A DNA stretch of 64,000 bases from Giardia intestinalis (Eukaryota), in NCBI GenBank assembly GCA_000002435.2, contig CM018793.1, one strand, 5' to 3'. A model generated the notes under the pieces. It searched no databases. It was not told the DNA's origin and was given only the letters and a program-made list of their open reading frames with translations. Position numbers and translations under genes: made by a program. The first letter of the stretch is position 1. Each line of letters opens with the position of its first letter. This document shows, one piece after another, positions 51,422 through 60,514 of the stretch.

Positions 51422-52690
51422 ATGAATGCGACAGCCACCATGATCTATAACAAATATGCACAGCAGTGTGCAGCAGCCTTCGGAAAGGCACGCCAGATCT
51501 CAAAGATAATCCCCATAAGGGACTTTAACAATTGGGCCAAGTCAGTGCTGATTAAGCAGTACTTGGTGCGTGGCTCGGGAAGGAAGGACTTATCTGTCAT
51601 GGACATGTGCAGTGGTCGTGGAGGAGATCTCAAGAAGTTTTCCGCGCTAGGAAGGGTCAGATACCTCGCATGCGTGGATGTCTCGTTAGAGTCCATCGTG
51701 GAGGCAATAATGCGCTACAACGCAATGGTGTCAGGCCCAAATAACAGGGGCCTCTATCTTGCAGACTTCGTTTGGGCTGATGTCTTCGAGACCGCTCTAT
51801 CAAAGCACTTCATTCCGCACAAAAAGGGGCTCCGTTTTGATATGATCTCGTGTCAATTCGCCCTGCACTACGCTTTTGAATCTGAAGCTCGAGCGAGGAT
51901 TCTCTTTCAGAACATAAGAGATTGTCTGAGTAACGAAGGTTCTTTCATAGCCATCTTTGCTTCTAAGGAGATAATATTGTCAAGACTGGAAGCAGCTGGT
52001 TATAGCTGGCCATCTGCAGCCATCCCTCCTTCGATAGGAAATGGGCTCTATAGTGTCCGCTTTACAGAGCCCTTCAGGGCCGATCCTCACAACCCGAATT
52101 ATGGTGTGAAGTACTACTTCGAGCTCGAAGAAGCCATAGATAATATACCCGAGTATTTTGTCGACTTTGAGAACATTCGGACTCTGTGCAAAGAATTTGG
52201 ACTGACCATCAAGAAGCATTTTGCAACTCTGAGCGACTTTTATAATGAATACTTCAATTTACATCCAGAACCATCTGAAACAGAGTTCTTCAAGCGCATG
52301 TTGAAAAATACCGGCAAATACCTGACACAGGAGATCCAGAGAGGAGAAAACCTTGAAAACAGTTGCAGTGACTTCTTTGATGACGCCAGCGAGGAAGAAC
52401 AGCCGGCCCAGCTTGCTGAAGGAACAGTTGTTACAGAGGTTGTGGACGTCAAGGCACTCACAGACCTGCCGGCCAAATATCTCGAAGTAATTAACATATA
52501 TCAAGCGGTGGTCATAGGGCATGCTCAGCCATCATCCTTCATTGAGCCATACACATGCAGAAGCGCGCCTGTGTGCCGGCGCTTAGCAGATGTAATCAAT
52601 TTAACCCCAAATAATATCTCGCGGGAGCAGCTTAGAGAGAGCTTTAGCAATCACTTCTGGACCCCAGGAACAGGTCTGGTTAAACAGTGA
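51422..52690 (+). CDS. mRNA cap guanine-N7 methyltransferase (422 aa)
   Basis: The SAM-binding motif VMDMCSGRGGDLKKF corresponds to VLDLGCGKGGDL in Abd1/RNMT. The blocks FDMISCQFALHYAFE and FIAIFASKEIILSRL match conserved cap-MTase motifs. Confidence 0.7.
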   Translation: MNATATMIYNKYAQQCAAAFGKARQISKIIPIRDFNNWAKSVLIKQYLVRGSGRKDLSVMDMCSGRGGDLKKFSALGRVRYLACVDVSLESIVEAIMRYNAMVSGPNNRGLYLADFVWADVFETALSKHFIPHKKGLRFDMISCQFALHYAFESEARARILFQNIRDCLSNEGSFIAIFASKEIILSRLEAAGYSWPSAAIPPSIGNGLYSVRFTEPFRADPHNPNYGVKYYFELEEAIDNIPEYFVDFENIRTLCKEFGLTIKKHFATLSDFYNEYFNLHPEPSETEFFKRMLKNTGKYLTQEIQRGENLENSCSDFFDDASEEEQPAQLAEGTVVTEVVDVKALTDLPAKYLEVINIYQAVVIGHAQPSSFIEPYTCRSAPVCRRLADVINLTPNNISREQLRESFSNHFWTPGTGLVKQ

Positions 52691-52715
52691 GACCCACAGT
52701 ACGTCTCGTATCTAT

Positions 52716-55661
52716 TTATGCACTCAAATTCTTGAAGTCAAATGGTATGGTGTCTGTAATATGCTTTGCTAATGAAAAGCCTTGTGGCACGGGGACAGTC
52801 GGCCACGTTCCCCTTACCTCCTTGAGTTCAACAAAGAGGGCGCTTCCATCCGTTATCATTCTCTCCTCGGAATCCGTTGCCTCGCCCTCTTTGACGCGCG
52901 ATCTACTGCACAGGTCGATCTTTCTTCTCACTAATCCGCCTAGCACCCCTATGCACCGCAGTACGTCCCACTTTATTGCCTCATCTAACTGGTTCACTGG
53001 AAGCTTCGTTAGGAGTACAACGATGTCCTTTGTGATCGAATCTCGCAGAAATGCCTTTTTGGTGAATGGCGTAAGGAGCTCTTCTACAATAAATGCTGAG
53101 TTCATTGTGGATGGGTCGCAGGAGCACGCATACTGAGCAAAAAAGTGACAAACAGCTCCTAAGAGCTTTCTGTCCATCTGAATCTCACTCAGCTCCTTTT
53201 GGGCCACGTCCAAAGCGTTTGCGTATGCATCCACAGGAACACATTCGGGGATAAGGGAGGCGATATTCGTTAGGACCCCATATCCATATAACCTGAAGTT
53301 ACTGGTTGTTACCAGCTTCGATCCAAACTGCACGACGCGCTGTATGCACGAAGTAGACGTGCCATCAGGAGCAGTTATGGGGTTGTTCAAGAGTGACCTG
53401 TTGTGTGCCACAGCCAGGCTAACAAACGAGTTCATCGCCAGTGCATATGCTGGTATAGAAGCAGAGACCTGCAGTGAAGCTGCATTGATATACATAGGAA
53501 GAATTTCTTTGAACAAAACAGGATAGTGTGCTTCGGTGAAAGCATCTGTGAGGGCTGCTATTTGCATAAGAGGGGAGAGTAGTTGGAAGTAAATAGGCAG
53601 CCAATCCTCTTCATTTTCTAGCTGGCTGTACAACGAAGCAAACAACTTTATCATCTGGTTCACCACTTCAGAATTTGTTTTGATTCCAGAGATGGCTCGG
53701 TCCGATATTACATTGAGTATAATGACAAGAGACTCGAAAAGCTTATGCACGAATTTTAGTCGATCCTTCCTCTGGAGACAGGTAGGGAAAACAAAAGAGA
53801 AAAAGAGGACGACAAGCTCGACCAGCGCATCGATAGTCATCGACTGGGAGACGAGGCGTAGAACGGCTGAGAACGCATTAGCAACGTAGACATCATTTGT
53901 ACCGGAGTGGAGCAGAAGACAAGTGCTGCTTCCCTGACCACTCGATGAAAGAAATGTGTGAAGGAGTTGAATGAACTGTGGCTCTAGCTGTGCGACTACA
54001 CTAGTGTGCTTGCAGTTCTTCAGAATCGTAGATAGGCAGGATGATAATACTGAATTGGAGACGTTGTTGTGGGAACAGCTGAGGCACCGTAGTAATGCCT
54101 GTAAGCCTTCGCTGAACTGCTCCTCCGTCATTATATTGCGGAAATCGGTAACAAAGTGCATAATTTCACAGAGTGCAAGGGTTTTTGCGGCGGACAATTC
54201 CATCGGCTCCGTACTGGACGCAAGATAGGGTAGTCTAAGGCTGGGAGCGATAACCGTAGCGTAAAACTCATTGAAGTTAGAATCAGATATAATAAGACTG
54301 ACTCCAGTGAACTTCGACACTTGCTGAATGACCACAGCGCGATAGAATGCAAGTGCTTGACAAAGAGAGACGAACCAGTCAAGTGTTCCTTGTCCCTGGC
54401 CCAAGGAAGCGATGCTTTCTTGAGCCTTCTGCATAGCGACTCCCCTGGCCTCTGGTAAGGCCCTACAGACAGTGCGCAGAATCCCCTCACAAGCAGAACG
54501 ACGAGATGTGCTATCACCTATCGACAGAAGCCCGCAAACGTACTCGTGATCCTCCTCCTCTATAGCCTCAAAGTCAGAGGCTGTAAGCCGCAACGCAGAA
54601 AATATGACCTGGTTCATCAGCTGCGGCGCGTTGGCATAGATGTACTTTTGAGACTCTAGACCCTCTGCGAAGAAGTGCAAGTGAAAAAGGATGTCTGTGA
54701 GGATCATGTTGAATGTCTTATGTTCCGTAACAGCCACATAGTTACATGCCATATCAATCAAGAGCTTTATCACATTTGCGGCATGTGCTTCCAATTCTGC
54801 ATTATGGGCGCTGATAGAATTGCAGAGCATGCTTAAGATCTTCTTGCACACCTCTGCTACAATGGGGTCCGTCAGGTTGAAGCCTTGAGACGCCAGCGTT
54901 CTTAAATCAAGGAATGTGACAGAAGAGGTTGCTATGTACAAATACTTGTCGTTGTATATTGTTGGTAAATCATCCAGAGAGTACATAGACATAAGGAACG
55001 AGTAGAGAGAGTGCAAGAAGCTCTGGTAAGCGATGAATGAGGCCTGGTCTCGCAGGGAGGCAACGTAACACGTAGTTGCCATGGTCAACAGGGAAATAAT
55101 GAGCTCTGAAGTGGAGCCAATTATGCTCTTCAACTTAAGGGCGATCGTATCATCTAGCTCCACAGTAGCGGCGTGGGATGGGAAGGGAAGCATGAGGAAT
55201 ATTACATCACTGAGTATACATAGAACATCGGGCGTTAGAACCCCTTGATACGTCAGGGGGTCGATGCCATTTTCCCGCAAAACACCATACAGGATGCTGG
55301 CACAGTCACTGTATAGATTTGGAAGCTTTCCACATTGGTAGAGGTGGTTGAGTGTTACAGCAAGACAGTCCTTTATGACTCGCCGAATCTTTAGTGGCAA
55401 AGTACAGAAGCAATGGAGCGTAGACTGGGAGAACTCCATGAGCACGCTCTTCTCATGAGAAAGAGGACTCCTAAATATCTGGGAGAAGTAAATGGATGCT
55501 AAATATCGTGTCTGCTCGTCATTTGAAGCGTCGAGCATATAACTATAGAGCATGTTTGCGAACTCCGGCGACCCCTTGAGCTTCTGAATAGCATCCGTGC
55601 TCGCCTGAACGCGGGAGGGGTCCAAGGTCCCCAGAAGCAGCTCACGGACGTTTGAATACAT
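52716..55661 (-). CDS. importin-beta-family karyopherin-like HEAT-repeat protein (981 aa)
   Basis: There is an N-terminal importin-beta-like motif (LLLGTLDPSRVQASTDAIQKL). It is all-alpha repetitive, and the length is typical of the family. The start lies 6 bp downstream of the upstream gene's stop. Confidence 0.5.
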   Translation of the reverse strand: MYSNVRELLLGTLDPSRVQASTDAIQKLKGSPEFANMLYSYMLDASNDEQTRYLASIYFSQIFRSPLSHEKSVLMEFSQSTLHCFCTLPLKIRRVIKDCLAVTLNHLYQCGKLPNLYSDCASILYGVLRENGIDPLTYQGVLTPDVLCILSDVIFLMLPFPSHAATVELDDTIALKLKSIIGSTSELIISLLTMATTCYVASLRDQASFIAYQSFLHSLYSFLMSMYSLDDLPTIYNDKYLYIATSSVTFLDLRTLASQGFNLTDPIVAEVCKKILSMLCNSISAHNAELEAHAANVIKLLIDMACNYVAVTEHKTFNMILTDILFHLHFFAEGLESQKYIYANAPQLMNQVIFSALRLTASDFEAIEEEDHEYVCGLLSIGDSTSRRSACEGILRTVCRALPEARGVAMQKAQESIASLGQGQGTLDWFVSLCQALAFYRAVVIQQVSKFTGVSLIISDSNFNEFYATVIAPSLRLPYLASSTEPMELSAAKTLALCEIMHFVTDFRNIMTEEQFSEGLQALLRCLSCSHNNVSNSVLSSCLSTILKNCKHTSVVAQLEPQFIQLLHTFLSSSGQGSSTCLLLHSGTNDVYVANAFSAVLRLVSQSMTIDALVELVVLFFSFVFPTCLQRKDRLKFVHKLFESLVIILNVISDRAISGIKTNSEVVNQMIKLFASLYSQLENEEDWLPIYFQLLSPLMQIAALTDAFTEAHYPVLFKEILPMYINAASLQVSASIPAYALAMNSFVSLAVAHNRSLLNNPITAPDGTSTSCIQRVVQFGSKLVTTSNFRLYGYGVLTNIASLIPECVPVDAYANALDVAQKELSEIQMDRKLLGAVCHFFAQYACSCDPSTMNSAFIVEELLTPFTKKAFLRDSITKDIVVLLTKLPVNQLDEAIKWDVLRCIGVLGGLVRRKIDLCSRSRVKEGEATDSEERMITDGSALFVELKEVRGTWPTVPVPQGFSLAKHITDTIPFDFKNLSA

Positions 55662-55667
55662 TTTAAT

Positions 55668-56171
55668 TTACTGCGTCTTAGACCTATTTGCTGGGCTTAC
55701 AGGAGCCAGCATCCGCGCTATAGCAGGGTTTTCTCGTTGAAGTTCTACCAGAGCAGCCTCAAGACTGGCCTTTGTGTGATATGTTTTTTGATCTTCATTG
55801 GTGCAGAATATTTGCTTTACCTTTTGTACGTAGGAGTGGAGGATGTCTGTTACGGCAGCCGAAATGGCAATTGCTGCTTCATCGCTGACAATTATCCTGG
55901 AAACGCCTGTATCAGCGTTTGGGTCTCTCTCACTGATATAAGATACTGAATCTTGGCCCGAGTGATGCCTTAGAGCATCAACAAACAGCCTTCCAGCATC
56001 ACGCCGCTTCAGGCCACAACTCATATATGGAGGCGCAGGGACAGATGCAAGACGGTGAGTCTTGGCCTGACCCTGCTGAGTCTCTGTCTTTGACGTGATA
56101 TAAGGACCATTCCACTCCTCAGAATCGCCGCCCGCACTGTCTGCTGGGGAGGGTATATTGTCACCTTGCAT
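55668..56171 (-). CDS. hypothetical protein (167 aa)
   Basis: It is an ORF. A histone-fold-like segment is possible but unsupported. Confidence 0.4.
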   Translation of the reverse strand: MQGDNIPSPADSAGGDSEEWNGPYITSKTETQQGQAKTHRLASVPAPPYMSCGLKRRDAGRLFVDALRHHSGQDSVSYISERDPNADTGVSRIIVSDEAAIAISAAVTDILHSYVQKVKQIFCTNEDQKTYHTKASLEAALVELQRENPAIARMLAPVSPANRSKTQ

Positions 56172-56256
56172 GAGCTGGTGTGAAGAGCGGAGAATCTTTT
56201 TTGTCGCCGCTCACTGAAGGCAAGACTCTCTGTTGCCAGCTATCCAGCGATTGTAG

Positions 56257-57717
56257 TCATATACCAGCATCTAGGATCTTATCATGTTGAAGGACGATGA
56301 AGCTAAGATCCTCCTTTGGAAGAGCAAGTTCAAAGAGGCTGTCAAGTTCATCCTCATTCAGATCTATCTTGGCAGAGGCCTGGAGGTTTCTAATAGACTG
56401 AGATAGATTGGCCTTTGACTTACCAAACCAGTTCTTGGCGATTGTACTCTGGGTGACATCTGTATCCTTAGTCTTGGTGAACAGCCCCAGAAGCTTGTCC
56501 GCCTTCGAGGTGGCCAGAGAAGGAGGTGCATCTATAGACTGCTGCAGATGGGCCTCCCGACCTGACACAGCGGGTTTATCGGGAACCAGTGGATGAATCC
56601 CAAATGTCAGGTTGACCATTGCCACCCAGGGGTGTGCCAGGAGATCGTCCACAGACGCCCTAGCTTCTGGATTTATTTGCAAGCACTTGGAGAGGAAGTC
56701 CCTCCCCTCGTCTGACATGGTTTCTGGCAGCCCTGGTGGCTCTGTGATAGTGGCAATGTGATACAGCAGGGCAGGAACCTGCTTGAACTGGAAGAATGGA
56801 GGGTATGTCGTGAACATCTCGATGAACAGGCACCCGATGGACCAGATGTCTGCTTTGAAGATATCGTAGAGTGTGGACCTTACGCATTCTGGGGCAATCC
56901 AATAAGGAGAACCTTTAATTCCTAGATTGAACTTTTTTGCAGCTTCGGATGGCAGGCCTGGCTTCTTAGGGTCTGCCTCTGTTTCCTTCCGGCGTTGAAG
57001 TTCATTGATGATGTCGTCCCGCGCCAGTCTAGTGGCAGTTCCAAAGTCAACCAGCTTCACCAACCCGTCGCCACCGATCATTATATTACTGCACTTAAGA
57101 TCTAAGTGTGCAACATTCTGTCTATGCATATGCTTAATGGCCTCCAGAATTTGCCTAGCATACCGTCTACAGAGGATTTCGGGTATACCCTTGAATGACT
57201 TTGAGAGAGACGCAAGGCTTCCTCCGGCAATAAAGTCCATGACAATGAGCAGCTTGTTGCCATCGTCAGATACCTCGATGTCATATATGTTAACGATATT
57301 TGGATGCCTCAAGTTGATCAAGATCCGTGTCTCAGCGTCGATGGCTTCAAGAACTTCCCGACTGCAATTCTTGACTACCATCTCTTTGACAGCTAGCAGT
57401 TTTCCTGTGAGGTGTTCAAGGGCTAAATAGACTTGTCCAAAGCTCCCGTGCCCTATTATCCGTCCTAAGGAATATTTGAGGTGACGCTGACGCGGCTTTG
57501 GCGGACTGAACTCGCGGTCTGGCCGCTTGTCCTCGTTGTCATCCTCGTTGTCATAGTTGTCATAGTTATCCCCCGCGGCCAGCAAGCTGATGCCGGACTG
57601 GTCCACTGCCGCCTCAAGTCCCAATTTATCTCGCTCTAATTGAGGAACAGGAAGCAGGCTACCATCAATATGTTCTGAAGTGGCATTACCAGGGACCGAA
57701 GACGCCCCAACTCCCAT
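56257..57717 (-). CDS. serine/threonine protein kinase (STE/MEKK-like), non-RD type (486 aa)
   Basis: It has a Gly-loop GHGSFGQV, a VAIK-like LLAVKEM, a catalytic loop HLDLKCSNIM (HRD Arg replaced by Leu), DFG VDFGTA and APE WIAPE. Confidence 0.8.
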   Translation of the reverse strand: MGVGASSVPGNATSEHIDGSLLPVPQLERDKLGLEAAVDQSGISLLAAGDNYDNYDNEDDNEDKRPDREFSPPKPRQRHLKYSLGRIIGHGSFGQVYLALEHLTGKLLAVKEMVVKNCSREVLEAIDAETRILINLRHPNIVNIYDIEVSDDGNKLLIVMDFIAGGSLASLSKSFKGIPEILCRRYARQILEAIKHMHRQNVAHLDLKCSNIMIGGDGLVKLVDFGTATRLARDDIINELQRRKETEADPKKPGLPSEAAKKFNLGIKGSPYWIAPECVRSTLYDIFKADIWSIGCLFIEMFTTYPPFFQFKQVPALLYHIATITEPPGLPETMSDEGRDFLSKCLQINPEARASVDDLLAHPWVAMVNLTFGIHPLVPDKPAVSGREAHLQQSIDAPPSLATSKADKLLGLFTKTKDTDVTQSTIAKNWFGKSKANLSQSIRNLQASAKIDLNEDELDSLFELALPKEDLSFIVLQHDKILDAGI

Positions 57718-57798
57718 GCCAGCACGTGGTTGCGGCGATTTTGACTAGTTGGCGAATCAAAAAAATGCATTATTTTTAAAGCGTTTTAAAACAGGAAG

Positions 57799-58116
57799 AT
57801 GAATGCGATGAGCGCTGCAGACGCTGGCACATCTTACAAATGCCCGTACAGAGCCATTCACATACATATAGTCAAAAAGGGTAAAAAGTACACAACGCAG
57901 GTAGTGAACATCAACCAGAGCTATAACTTTGACAAGATCGTCAAGGCCATAAAAAGGGACCTATGCTGTTCGGCATATGTTTTCGACGAGACAGACGGAA
58001 CCAAGTCCATTCATGTCCGCGGCAATTACTACCGTGAGATCGTTGAGTGGCTGCTCAGGGAGCGGATCGTCAAGGTCAAAGAGCAGATCAAACCCCACAA
58101 TGCAGTTCAGAGTTAG
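57799..58116 (+). CDS. SUI1: translation initiation factor eIF1 (SUI1), 105 aa
   Basis: IHIHIVKKGKKYTTQVVNI...GNYYREIVEWLLRE parallels the SUI1 consensus IHIRIQQRNGRKTLTTVQGI...GDQRNNICQFLVE. Confidence 0.8.
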   Translation: MNAMSAADAGTSYKCPYRAIHIHIVKKGKKYTTQVVNINQSYNFDKIVKAIKRDLCCSAYVFDETDGTKSIHVRGNYYREIVEWLLRERIVKVKEQIKPHNAVQS

Positions 58117-58222
58117 GCAACCGGCTCCATAATACCTTCACTACTTATTTACAGCTCCACTTCCTTGCACAGCTCCGCAATCTAAAAGAGGCCATAGCCT
58201 TTCTGTCAAGAGGAAAGTTCCG

Positions 58223-59323
58223 TTACAAGAAGAAGCGGGTTCTGCTATGGTGGTCCATTTCCGGTTTGTAGAACCACTCGTACTCCTCGTTATGCGGGTC
58301 GAATAGCCCTTTTTGCAACCATTTTAACTTCAGAGTAAACTGCGGTCCCAACTCGTGCATACGGACGATAACCTCAGACGTGGGGTCCTTCTTGTCCTTG
58401 TTTTCAAAGATGTATCTGTAGGCCCTGAAGAAGATAAAGTCGCGCTGATTATGAAACGTGATAACCTGGCGCGCCCGCAGGTGCTCCTCACGGCTAAGCA
58501 TGGATTGAATCATACGGCCCACGCGGCGGCCTAGGCGCGTCTTGAAGTTATTCATGATCACCTCGGGTGGGCAGTCAGGGATAGGAACTCCAGATCCCAC
58601 GAGCTCCTTGTGGGTGTAGACGTTAGTCATTCTGAACCACGCCGTGGGCCCTGCAGGAAGAGCCATCATCATCATGTGAGTTATAATATCTCTATCTTCA
58701 TGCACAATGATAACGCTGGTAAACCCCTCGTCTATTAGCCTAACTGCAAGCTGCCGAATCTGGAGCTCTTCGCGGGGGATATAGGATATGACGCCTCCCA
58801 GCACCTTGATAAAATCGTCGATAAACTGCAGTGTTCCCTTGTTCTTGCAGCCAACAGACGTAGTTATGGCTACCTTGACTATGCGAGTGCCGTCGAAGTA
58901 CTCGCCAAACTCGTCCAGGGTTTCTGCATGCACCAGCTCCTCTGCAACGACCTCCTTTGCATGTGCAGTCATCGTTGCATCCTCGTCACGCTTGGAATCC
59001 AATGTCAAGCGTGGCTTGCGGAGAGAAGTAATATCTTTTCCTTCGGCCCTCAATTGTGCCTCTTGCTCATCCCGTCGCCTGTGGAGCTCTCGCTTAACTC
59101 TGAGCTTCTGGTCACGGACCTCCTGCACTATACGGAGGCGTTTAAGGCGGTTCCGAATGCGTGAGGGGTTGTGTCTGATGGATAGATTTCCTGGTGTGCG
59201 GGACTGCAAGTCTTGAATTTCTTCATCGATGGGGCGCGCGGGCTTCATGCCCAGCGGCTTTTCTTTGCGGAACGGATTGGAATACGAAGAGAAGATCCTC
59301 TTGCGAGGAGCACTGGGAGTCAT
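58223..59323 (-). CDS. Brix-domain ribosome biogenesis protein (Rpf1-like), 366 aa
   Basis: It has Brix domain motifs (ITTSVGCKNKGTLQFIDDF, PTAWFRMTNVYTHKEL, VITFHNQRDFIFFRAYRY, GPQFTLKLKWLQKGL) and a basic N-terminal extension. Confidence 0.8.
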   Translation of the reverse strand: MTPSAPRKRIFSSYSNPFRKEKPLGMKPARPIDEEIQDLQSRTPGNLSIRHNPSRIRNRLKRLRIVQEVRDQKLRVKRELHRRRDEQEAQLRAEGKDITSLRKPRLTLDSKRDEDATMTAHAKEVVAEELVHAETLDEFGEYFDGTRIVKVAITTSVGCKNKGTLQFIDDFIKVLGGVISYIPREELQIRQLAVRLIDEGFTSVIIVHEDRDIITHMMMMALPAGPTAWFRMTNVYTHKELVGSGVPIPDCPPEVIMNNFKTRLGRRVGRMIQSMLSREEHLRARQVITFHNQRDFIFFRAYRYIFENKDKKDPTSEVIVRMHELGPQFTLKLKWLQKGLFDPHNEEYEWFYKPEMDHHSRTRFFL

Positions 59324-59396
59324 GAATTAATTGTTTTAAACTCCTCAAATCTGCTTGCGTTAAGACCACACATTGTGACCCACAAAACAGGCACAT

Positions 59397-60275
59397 TCAT
59401 CCCATGTATGGAACTATAAATCTCATTGAGGAGTCTAGGTCACCGTCGATTGCAGGGTGTACTGTCATAGAGCATATGGAAGCCTCAGACTTTATTCTGC
59501 GAGCAACCTCTTGATCCTCTTGACCAGGAATTGGAAGAGCAAATGTTCGTACTGGATAGATATCTCTTTCAAATGCATCCCTTAGTGCATCTCTCGAGAT
59601 GGTTGACGAGAAGTAAAGTACACACGCATTTCTTCCGTGATAGCATACCCCAGAGAGCCCTACCAACAAGGGGAACTTGTATTTCTCTAGGTCTGCATGA
59701 TCAATTATGAGAGCTAACTGGCGATCTTCATCGAAGGCAGATTGCAAAAGCTCCTCTGTGCATTGGCTAGACAACTCTATCAAATCATCAACCTCGCCCT
59801 CAAACTCTGGTCCTGTTGGAATAACGATCTTGCTTTCAAGCACAGAACTTCTAATGCTTATGCAGGCGTCCACTTGGAGCGTCCCCGGTTGGCCCTTCTT
59901 CATGAGAGACCGCGAGCAGGAGTTCAAGATGGCATAAAGGTGGGCATCTGGTTTTTCTAACTTATGCTTACTGAACTTATACAAGAGGAAGAGGAGGCGT
60001 AAACAGTTGGAAGCATCGATGCTCTTCTTGGCAAAGATCCTCACATGCACCTCTTTTGTACGAACCTCAAACATCCCAAATAGCGAGGTGCTGCCACCAA
60101 CTGGCCTGTCGTCAAGTATTGTAGCTTTGTGTATCTCCTTGCATAGATCAACAGAAACAAGCATTGGTAGCTTTGTAGACCAATTTGTATCAATTATCCA
60201 GCTGACCGCTGCAACGCCCACCTCTTCGAGTGCAGTACGCAGAAATTCAAACAATGAATTAACTGCTCTGAACAT
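59397..60275 (-). CDS. hypothetical protein (292 aa)
   Basis: It is an ORF of unknown function. Confidence 0.45.
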   Translation of the reverse strand: MFRAVNSLFEFLRTALEEVGVAAVSWIIDTNWSTKLPMLVSVDLCKEIHKATILDDRPVGGSTSLFGMFEVRTKEVHVRIFAKKSIDASNCLRLLFLLYKFSKHKLEKPDAHLYAILNSCSRSLMKKGQPGTLQVDACISIRSSVLESKIVIPTGPEFEGEVDDLIELSSQCTEELLQSAFDEDRQLALIIDHADLEKYKFPLLVGLSGVCYHGRNACVLYFSSTISRDALRDAFERDIYPVRTFALPIPGQEDQEVARRIKSEASICSMTVHPAIDGDLDSSMRFIVPYMG

Positions 60276-60514
60276 TTTTTGTTGCTGCGGCTCTCAGCTC
60301 CTACAGTTTGCAACCGTATGCATACTGTGCTGATCATGTGGCAGCAAACTTTCCCTTTATTTTCAAATCACATCTTGTCCTACTGTTGCGATGCTGACTA
60401 TCTTTTGACCCTTGTGAATCATTCTAGTCACTCGCATATATACGTTATACTAAGCTACTATGGAAAAAAGTTGATAGCTAAGACAATCTATCCTGCCATC
60501 AATCAAAATTTACA

